The translations under genes and the position numbers were made by a program. Source: Zygnema circumcarinatum SAG 698-1b (lineage: Eukaryota > Plantae > Zygnematophyceae). From it: a stretch of DNA of 64,000 bases. Where the stretch lies: contig CM074816.1 of the NCBI GenBank assembly GCA_037447605.1, positions 1,764,525-1,828,524 on the forward strand, written 5' to 3'. Each line of letters starts with the position of its first letter. Positions within the stretch are counted from its first letter, which is position 1. The notes beneath the pieces are model-generated. The model did not search any database and was not told the DNA's origin. It saw only the letters and a list, made by a program, of their open reading frames with translations. Positions 1 through 8,956 of the stretch are shown here, one piece after another.

Positions 1-1210
1 ATCTCATCTTGACCGTTCATTTGAGGGCCGAATAACGGATGTGTTCCATTTCGGATATTGCGTGGAAGCAAAAGTCGATAACGTGCTTCTTGAAGGTCTT
101 CTGTTTTCCTTCCGGCCGGGCTTCACACAAGCAGCTTATACTCGAATGGCTGTGTAAGTGTGAGGGAGCCAATTTTAGGGTTTAGGGTTTAGGGTGTAGG
201 GTTTAGAGAAAAAAGGGTTTATATATAGAAATATGCATTTCTGTTTTGGGGGGGGGGGGGGGGGGGNNNNNNNNNNGGGGGGTTGGTGGTGGAGAGTTTT
301 GAGGGGTGTTCAGCTATGGATATATCTCTAAGGGATACATAGGATGAGCTTCCTATTAGAAGAGACTTGAAATACTAGTGACAAAGCTATACGGGAACAC
401 ACTCTCTCTCTCTCTCTCCCTCCACCCCTTTTTTCTCGTCCCTCTCTCGCTTCCCCTTGTCACCCTCTCGCCTCCCCTCTCTCTCCCTCTCTCTTTCGTT
501 TCTTCATCGTCCCGTCTCTCCCCCCTCACTCTGTCCCCCTCCCTGTCCCTCTCCCTTCCGTCGCTCTCTCTCGCGCTCCCTATTCTCCGTTGTTTCTCTC
601 TCGTTCTCATTGTGCCAATTAGGGTGTTGGAAGCAGGAGGAGAACAGAGGAGAGGGAGAAACTAAGCCAGCAAATAGCAAGAAGGAGAGAGAAGAGGAAA
701 CTTGCCAAGGCTGCTGAAGCCCCAATGGGGCCAACCCTCATGAGTCCAAATGGGATACTACATAACCACCAAGCAGAGAGGGAGATATCATCCATGCAAC
801 CTTCTCCTCCTTCTTCTCCTCCTCCCCCCCCTCCTCCTTCTTCTTCTCCTCCTCCCCCTCCTCTTCCTACCACTACCCCCTCCTCTCACATGCTATCTAC
901 ACCTTCCTCGATGAACGAAAGAGGGAACAACTCCGACACCCTTCTTCCTATCGAAAAATCAAACATACAATCCGTCTCCCTTCCTGTTATCCCTACCACA
1001 ACGAGCTCCTCTCCCGCACTCCCCTCTTTCGTAGGTCCCTCTACCACTCCTCAGGTAGGCCCCCATCTATCACATATCTGCATATCTACCCCTATGCAGA
1101 CTACCTCCTCTTATGGATCCAACCCATGCTTCGATAGGTCTCAAGTCCGTCATGGTGGGCCCCACCCTCCCCCATCAATCATAAAGCTCATTATCGGTCC
1201 CTCAATGTAA
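1..1210 (+). CDS. 3' part of a probable kelch-repeat protein with Pro/Ser-rich tail (exons <1-153, 637-1210)
   Basis: Frame 2 of 1-153 reads SHLDRSFEGRITDVFHFGYCVEAKVDNVLLEGLLFSFRPGFTQAAYTRM. This resembles the C-terminal FEAxxxDVFxxGYxxEAxxDGxLxxGLLFSYKPGF domain of plant kelch proteins. The GT|gtaagt donor at 154 and the cag| acceptor at 636 join in phase to the 725..1210 ORF. Confidence 0.6.
175..206 (+). repeat. Short intronic (TTTAGGG)n telomere-like tract
   Basis: ttagggtttagggtttagggtgtagggtttag. Confidence 0.7.
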
Positions 1211-3088
1211 ATTTCTCGAGGATGAGGAAAAAAAAATCTAGAGCATCTAAAAGAAAAAAGTCAGCGTGATTTAAAATCATTCCTCCTTTTTTTTTCTTTT
1301 TCTTCTTCTTTTCTTGTCCCTCACTGTGGGCCCCACTTCCGGCTCTGTGGGCCCCACCTGGACGGATTCTATGTTAGGGAGGGAGGGAGGGAGGGTAGTC
1401 CTAAACAGCCGGAACCTGAATTGAAGTGGTAGAAAATGCTTTGTTTCTGGAATGAAGGGTCTGAGAATGTGAAATTTTGTGAAATTTTTAAAAACCTGTG
1501 GGGGAAATTGAAAGCTTTAGACCTGATTCCACTAAAACCATACAAACTTTACCGTTCCCGAAAGCCCTGATTCTCCTAAACGCATTAAATGTTGGATTCT
1601 AGAAAGAGTCTGTAAGAGTCTATAAAACCCCATAAACCCTAAATCTTGACAACCGTAGAATCTGCCGTTCACGGCAAACGGAATCCGTAACATGTATTGT
1701 GACGGATGTTGAATTTGGAGTTGATACTTTCTGCAGATGGTGAGTGGGATGAGCCGAATGAGTGCAACGGAACTGCTCCACATGGAAATGGCTCAAAGTC
1801 AGGCGCAAGATTCGCACCATATGCAAACCTACCTTTGACAAGGGTTCAGGGTTCAGAGATTCGTCAGGGGGAGGGGTGAGTTCAGGATGTAATAAAAGAG
1901 GAGGTTTTTGGGTTTGAGTTTGGGGTTTGGAAGGGTTCAGGGCTTCGGCTGGGTTGTTTTTTTGTTAAGGGTGAAGGGAAGCACCGTAAAGTGGTGACAG
2001 TAGAGGAGGAGGGAGTCAAGGGAGGGTCGGGTTTTAGCACATGAAAAACATTCAAAGCGGAGTCAGAAAGGGCTGAATCTGTGTAAAGGCTGACGTTTGT
2101 GTAAATTTGGGTTCAGCTAAATAAGAGTTAACCAACAAGCGCGGTTTCATGCCTTCTACTTTTTCTTGTCGTATGATGCGCAGTCGAATTACGGTGCTCT
2201 TTTTGTACCTTTTGTGCAATTCTTGTTATGGTTGTCATGACCGACTGACTTGACTAAAGCAAACTTGATCAGAACTAACTGATTCTGACAAGGAAAGTAG
2301 CAACCCGTGCGTGCCCTTGAACTCTGAACACTCGCCATTTTCCTGTAGCAAAAAGAAGCATGGAAGGGTTTTCGGAGGTGCTTTGGGGGCTATTCCCAAA
2401 TGTTATAGTAGGTGATAAATAATAGGGTAAAGAATTATATGTAATAATAACAAGAAGTTAGATTAAGCTTTAGATTTGGAGAACTCGGAAAAAACAGCCT
2501 CTTAGTGCTCACTAATTTCTGTATGAAGTGTTTTGCTGCGCTTTAGGGACTCCATTCATTCACTCATTCGTACTGTAATCATTGGACAGACAGAGAACGA
2601 GATGCTTAACAACAGAAAGCAAACTTTTGTTTGATGAAGATGAGAAGAAAAAATGTTTTTTCTTATTGTGAACACAAGTTTGGGTACAAAGGGGGTTCAA
2701 GTTGCGGTAAAGGCCTCCAGCAACCTGAACTTGTCGTTTGCTCCAGTGGGAGACAGAAAAAAGGGTCTCTTTGAGCTATTGGGGTTTCCCAAAAATTCCG
2801 AGGTTGAAAACACAAAACCAAACCGAATAAAACACCAAAATATCTACAATAACGTAAATTCCGCTATAAAAAAGGGTGCCAAAGGCTGCCTAGTTTTCGC
2901 TTCTACGCCTTCTCTCCATGGCAGTAAAAGGCAACATGACTTTACAGAGGGGGAAGACAAAACTGTGGGGGAAAGAGGAAGGAGAAAAAAGGTCGACAGC
3001 GGGGGAAAAAGGGAGAATAAAAATAAAAAAATAAAAAACCTTCTCCCACTTCCCCCTTCTCGCCGGCCCCCCTGTCCCCTTCAAAAAT

Positions 3089-6022
3089 TTAGGCTTTCTT
3101 TGACTCCCTCCGATTCATGAACCCCAGCACCCTCCTCACCCCCATTCCCAATGAAAATACAAGTATGACTGCAATGTAGCCCTTACTTCTGAACCCATAT
3201 CCAGTGGAGAGTCCTTCAGGGTGAGAGGTTGGAGGCATGAAGGCCATACTTGTGCAGGCGAACGCAGCTTCACTCTCTCCTCCTCCTCCTCCTTCTCCCA
3301 TTTCCACCCACCTCTCACCTTCTCCCTCTTCTCCTCCTCTGAATGCCACTGCTACCTCTCCCCCATCGCCCCTCCCTCCCTCAGCCCCAACCACAGAGAT
3401 GGGTGCTGCGTTTGATAAAGTCAACCCTCCTTCCCCTCCTTGAGGAGGAGATGAATCGTTTGCAGGTGTTTGCTTTATGAAGAGTAACGGCAAAAGGCCG
3501 AGCATGCATCCTGCCGTTACCCCAACGGTTGCTCCAACGGTTTCTGCCCAGCGAGCTTCTTTCATCTCCAACTGAATTGGCGATACTCGCGAGTCCGGCA
3601 TGAAGTGGCTCGAGGTGCCTTCTATGAACTCGCGGAAATTGGTTCCGACTATGTCAGCGACAGCATTGCCAAGGCCGGCGGACTGCAGGAGAGAGTGGGA
3701 GGGGGGTGAGGGAGAGGGAGAGGGAGAGGGGGGGAGAGTGAGGAAGAGGAGTGAGGGAGGAAGAGGGGGGAAAAGGAAGAGGGATGGGAGGGGTGAGGGA
3801 GAGGGAGAGGGGGGGAGAGTGAGGGAGAGGAGTGAGGGAGGAAGAGTGGGGAAAAGGAAGAGGGATGGGAGGGGTGAGGGAGAGGGAGAGGGGGGGAGAG
3901 TGAGGGAGAGGAGTGAGGGAGGAAGAAAGGGGAAAGGGGAGAGGGATGAGAGAAAAAAAAGGAGAGAGAGAGAGAGAGGAGAGGGAGAGGTAGCACGGAG
4001 GTGACGTATAAGCAAGAGGAAGATGAGGAAGCATGGGCTTGAACGGATACATATGTAAGATTTTTACTCGAGAAATGAGGGAGTGGGGAAGAACGAGAGG
4101 AGAGAGGAGTATGAGACGAAGGGAGAGGGAGTGTGCACCATGAGAGGAGAGAGCCCTAAAGTGCCACCAATTGTGCTCTGAATGGCATCGCCGGCAATGA
4201 TCATCACAAAGTTATCTGTCCTCCCACTATGCCACATGGAACAGCACAGAAGTTAACGAACACTTCTCAAAACAAAGGACTGTTGTGGGGTTGAAAAGTT
4301 AAAATAGGTCAACTTCTCTGAATAGAACTCTGGCTATTTGTAAGTATTAGCAAAGATTTTTGCAAGATATGGTGCTGTCTATCGAAAAGGCGAGGATAGT
4401 GGGATGGTAAGGAGAGAATGAGAGGGGCGAAAGGAGAGGGGGAGAGGGAGAAGCAAGTGGAAAGGAGAACAAGGGAGAAGGAAGGGAGGGGAAACGGGCA
4501 GAGAGAGAAAGAAAGGAGGGACAAGGGAGGGAGATGTTGGAGGAAGGAGATGGGGAGAACGAGGAGAGAGAGTAGTAGCGACTGAGAAAAAAAAAATGCT
4601 TTATGTGAATGTGGAGTCGTACCGACGAATCCGAAGCCAAGATTTCCTGGAAACCACCTTTCCCCAACACCCCACCAGCACGCAGAAAGCTCCACTCTAA
4701 GAATTGTAAATCCAATTTAAACACGAAAATAGAAATTTAAAAAATATGATATACGGAGAATTGGACTGAAATGAGAACATACTTGGGGTAGTCCACATGT
4801 GAAGCTTTGTGCATTCCTCCTGTCAACTTCTAAATGAAGCTCACCAATGGCTGCCCGGAAGCCGAGGAGAAGGAGCTGACGTGGCTGCAGGGGACTGGCC
4901 AGCAGGCCGTACTTTATGGCCTGCGATTCCACATAGTTCGCGAACTCGCTCCGGTCCAACACTCCGTCGCTGTTCGCGTCCGCCGCCGCAAAGTGCTCCT
5001 CCGAACTCGCAGTGGCTGCAGGGGCGAGGGGCTAGGGGTTAGGGTTTAGGGTTTAGGGGGAAGGGGCTAGGAGTTGAGGTAAAACCCTAACATCATTAAA
5101 CCTAACCCTAACCCTAACCCTAACCCTAACCCTAACCCTAACTCTAACTCTAACCCTAACCCTAACCCTAACTTTAACCCTAACCCCAGCTCTAACCCTC
5201 CTGACCCCAACCACCCTAACTCTAAACCTAACTCTAACGCTAACCCCAACCCTAACCCTAATTCTAACCCTAACCCTAATCCTAACTCTAACCCTAACCC
5301 TAATCCTCCTAACTCTAACCCTAACCCTAACCCTAACCCTAACCCTAACCCTAACCCTAACCCTAACCCTAACCCTAACCCTAACCGTAACTCTAGCCCT
5401 AACCCTAACCCTAACTCTAACCCTCATCCGCAACATTTACAAGTCCTTTCTTTCCCTTACGTTTCTAAGCCAGAGTTACTCAATTGGTTAGAGCAGGCTC
5501 TCACCCTAACCCTAACCCTAACCCTAAAACCCAAACCCTAAACCCTAACCTTGCCCCACCCGAAGTGAAGAGCGCAGAGAGGAGGCACGCCCGCCCCTTC
5601 GCGTCCACGTGGCGGACCAGCGCCGCCGCTGCCTCCGCCGCCACTATGGGGTCCCCCGCGAGGACCTCCGCGAGCCGCTCCGCGGGCTCCTCCGCGCTCA
5701 GCACAAGCTCCGCCATGGCGGCCATGGCGGCCGGGGAAGGCGGGGGGGAGGCCGCCAGCTCCAGTGCGCTGGGAGGGAGGGGCTCCGCGCCTCCATCCTG
5801 CGGCGCAGCAGCTGCTGCCACGAGGGCAGGGAGGCGCCTGCGACTGCTAAGGTTCAGGGAAGTCTTTAAGGTTTTTAGGGTTTTGGGAGGGCTGAAGGGT
5901 TTGGGGGTCTCTGAGAGGGTTAGAACGTTGAGAGGTTTAAGAGAGTTTAGGGTTTTGGGAGTGCTGAGGGGAGTTAGGGTTTTCGAGAGGGGGAGGAGGG
6001 GAGGGCGATGAGTGGCCATCAT
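3089..6022 (-). CDS. EF-hand plus TMEM65-family membrane protein with putative plastid transit peptide (exons 6022-5560, 5015-4845, 4646-4623, 4215-4139, 3682-3089)
   Basis: All four introns are GT-AG and phase-compatible. The spliced product has an EF-hand loop [12 protein letters not shown], then the TMEM65 motifs [61 protein letters not shown]. The N-terminus is S/T/P/K/L-rich and ends in [12 protein letters not shown]. Confidence 0.85.
3703..3925. repeat. About 3 x 81-bp GA-rich intronic tandem repeat
   Basis: The unit recurs every 81 nt, seen as a 27-aa repeat ([26 protein letters not shown]) in the shadow ORF. Confidence 0.75.
5085..5551 (+). repeat. Interstitial telomere-like (CCCTAA)n array, partly degenerate, in intron 1 of the TMEM65-like gene
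   Basis: About 55 CCCTAA/CTCTAA units at 5085-5425 and a second block at 5505-5551 that includes CCCTAAA units. Confidence 0.9.
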
Positions 6023-6670
6023 GATGCCACGTGGCGCTGTTGTAGGAGGTCGAGCCACGTGGCGGCCTCGGAGGCCTCGTTGGCGCAAACTGCAAACCGC
6101 AAACCGCCGGTTTCTCTTTGCAAACTGGAAACCCCGAAAGGAGAAAAAATCATGAAAGAACGAAAAATGCGTTTTTAGAAGTTCAAATTTTCGAAGAAGT
6201 TTCCAGTTCTTTTCTGCGATGTTTTCTGTACTTTTTATGTACGATTCAGGCAAAACCGTACGTTTTTGTCCTGATTTTTTTCTGGACTATCGAAGAAATT
6301 GTTTTCAAATCGCATTTGCGGCAGTTTGGGAAATTTGGACGACCCGAGGGAGGCTCGTGGAGTCGCCACGTGGCAGGGCCTGCACAGCTGGCGCGTGTAC
6401 AGCCACGTGGCGATCATTGAGTGCCTATCAACTTGGCTGACCCGACTTCCGTTGACCTTTCTTGACTTGGCTTGACGCCCACCGACTGGTCTGGAGACTC
6501 TGGACGGTGACGGCCGTCACCGTCGGTTCGATCGGCGAAATCGGAAACGACAAAAGGGTACGGAGTCACATGTGCGGCCCCCGGTCCTAGTCTTGTTGAA
6601 TGTCAATGTTGATGTTTGCATGTTTTGATGGTCCATGGGTCCATCAACATGGATGGCCATGTGAGGGCAT

Positions 6671-6709
<39 letters not shown>

Positions 6710-7960
6710 AATGCCAATCCTAATGCTAACTTTCCACTCTTTCCACTGCTGCCCCCTCGGTACGCAGCATGAAGACCAGCGCCGAATGCCGCTCTCGCTG
6801 GCCGGAGGAGGGCGCCGGTTCGCCTTCACGAGAGGGAGGGAGGGAGGGTCCTTCGCTCTCGTGCTGCCCACCGTACCCTCGCTATTGAGGGACGGGGAAT
6901 TGAATCGGCCCTGCCCACGCGATGGCGATGGGCCGATGGCACATCCATGTTCATGGCCAACGCGGGGAACCACGAGGAACCCAATTGTCAAGCGGCCGAG
7001 AAACAATTTCCGCAATGACCGAACCATCCCATGTTCACGGCCATCAACAGGAACATCACAACACGGAGATTCGGGAACCACGGATAACCGGCCGGCCGGC
7101 CCCCAAGGGCCCCCCCCCCCNNNNNNNNNNCGACTGCTAAGGTTCAGGGAAGTCTTTAAGGTTTTTAGGGTTTTGGGAGGGCTGAAGGGTTTGGGGGTCT
7201 CTGAGAGGGTTAGAACGTTGAGAGGTTTAAGAGAGTTTAGGGTTTTGGGAGTGCTGAGGGGAGTTAGGGTTTTCGAGAGGGGGAGGAGGGGAGGGCGATG
7301 AGTGGCCATCATGATGCCACGTGGCGCTGTTGTAGGAGGTCGAGCCACGTGGCGGCCTCGGAGGCCTCGTTGGCGCAAACTGCAAACCGCAAACCGCCGG
7401 TTTCTCTTTGCAAACTGGAAACCCCGAAAGGAGAAAAAATCATGAAAGAACGAAAAATGCGTTTTTAGAAGTTCAAATTTTCGAAGAAGTTTCCAGTTCT
7501 TTTCTGCGATGTTTTCTGTACTTTTTATGTACGATTCAGGCAAAACCGTACGTTTTTGTCCTGATTTTTTTCTGGACTATCGAAGAAATTGTTTTCAAAT
7601 CGCATTTGCGGCAGTTTGGGAAATTTGGACGACCCGAGGGAGGCTCGTGGAGTCGCCACGTGGCAGGGCCTGCACAGCTGGCGCGTGTACAGCCACGTGG
7701 CGATCATTGAGTGCCTATCAACTTGGCTGACCCGACTTCCGTTGACCTTTCTTGACTTGGCTTGACGCCCACCGACTGGTCTGGAGACTCTGGACGGTGA
7801 CGGCCGTCACCGTCGGTTCGATCGGCGAAATCGGAAACGACAAAAGGGTACGGAGTCACATGTGCGGCCCCCGGTCCTAGTCTTGTTGAATGTCAATGTT
7901 GATGTTTGCATGTTTTGATGGTCCATGGGTCCATCAACATGGATGGCCATGTGAGGGCAT

Positions 7961-7999
<39 letters not shown>

Positions 8000-8410
8000 A
8001 ATGCCAATCCTAATGCTAACTTTCCACTCTTTCCACTGCTGCCCCCTCGGTACGCAGCATGAAGACCAGCGCCGAATGCCGCTCTCGCTGGCCGGAGGAG
8101 GGCGCCGGTTCGCCTTCACGAGAGGGAGGGAGGGAGGGTCCTTCGCTCTCGTGCTGCCCACCGTACCCTCGCTATTGAGGGACGGGGAATTGAATCGGCC
8201 CTGCCCACGCGATGGCGATGGGCCGATGGCACATCCATGTTCATGGCCAACGCGGGGAACCACGAGGAACCCAATTGTCAAGCGGCCGAGAAACAATTTC
8301 CGCAATGACCGAACCATCCCATGTTCACGGCCATCAACAGGAACATCACAACACGGAGATTCGGGAACCACGGATAACCGGCCGGCCGGCCCCCAAGGGC
8401 CCCCCCCCCC
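5841..8410. other. Exact 1280-bp duplication (5841-7120 = 7131-8410) across a 10-N gap; probable assembly artefact
   Basis: Identical ORFs occur at offset 1290, and both copies end at a poly-C run followed by an N gap. Confidence 0.85.
6021..6417. promoter_or_regulatory. Cluster of four perfect GCCACGTGGC G-box/ABRE palindromes upstream of the TMEM65-like gene
   Basis: GCCACGTGGC at 6026, 6054, 6365 and 6402, plus a CE3-like GCGCGTGT at 6391. Confidence 0.55.
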
Positions 8411-8482
8411 NNNNNNNNNNCCCCCCCCCCCCCCCCCCCCCGGCCCTCCCTCCGTTCCTCCCTGCAGTCCAGAGAGCGCCGT

Positions 8483-8718
8483 GCGCCGTCGATCTTGGTA
8501 ATGGACGGGCAAGATGCGCCCCAGAAAGCGCGTGGTGGTAGGTGGCCGCACCGTGATTAGGTTGGACCCGTCGCGCGCCGTCGATCGTAGCAATGAACGA
8601 CCCGGATGCGCCCCACAAAGCGCGTGGTGGTGGGTGGTCGCACTGTGATAAGGTTGGACCCACCGTGCGCCGACGATCTCGAACATGAACGGCCAGGATG
8701 TGCCCCGGAACGCGCGCG
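8483..8718. repeat. About 2.5 copies of a 92-bp GC-rich imperfect direct repeat
   Basis: The unit GCGCCG(T/A)CGATC...GATG(C/T)GCCCC...GCGCG starts at 8483, 8575 and 8667. Confidence 0.8.
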
Positions 8719-8807
8719 CAGGGCCCGTGCACGTCGCGTGCACGGCGCGTGCAGGGCGCGTGGCCAGCGGGCGAAGGCCAACCAGAGCGCGCCACGATGG
8801 CACAGTT

Positions 8808-8861
8808 GCCACGTGGCTTGCGGGAATTAGTTCCATCAACGCAGGAGCCCCCCCGTATAAA
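8808..8861 (+). promoter_or_regulatory. G-box and TATA box upstream of the MAN1-like gene
   Basis: GCCACGTGGC at 8808 and TATAAA at 8856-8861, followed by a CT-rich leader and gccATGG at 8957. Confidence 0.55.
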
Positions 8862-8956
8862 GGGCCCTCCCTACCCCCACTGCCTCACTTTTGCACTTTC
8901 GCTTTCGCTTTCACTTTCTGCTTTAGCTTTGCGCTCTCCGCTCTCCGCTCTCGGCC

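Noticed and set aside
5841-8410. Tandem duplication of the TMEM65-like 5' end and promoter
   Set aside because: The copies appear identical, are separated by a 10-N gap and end at the same poly-C run, which is typical of overlapping contig ends.
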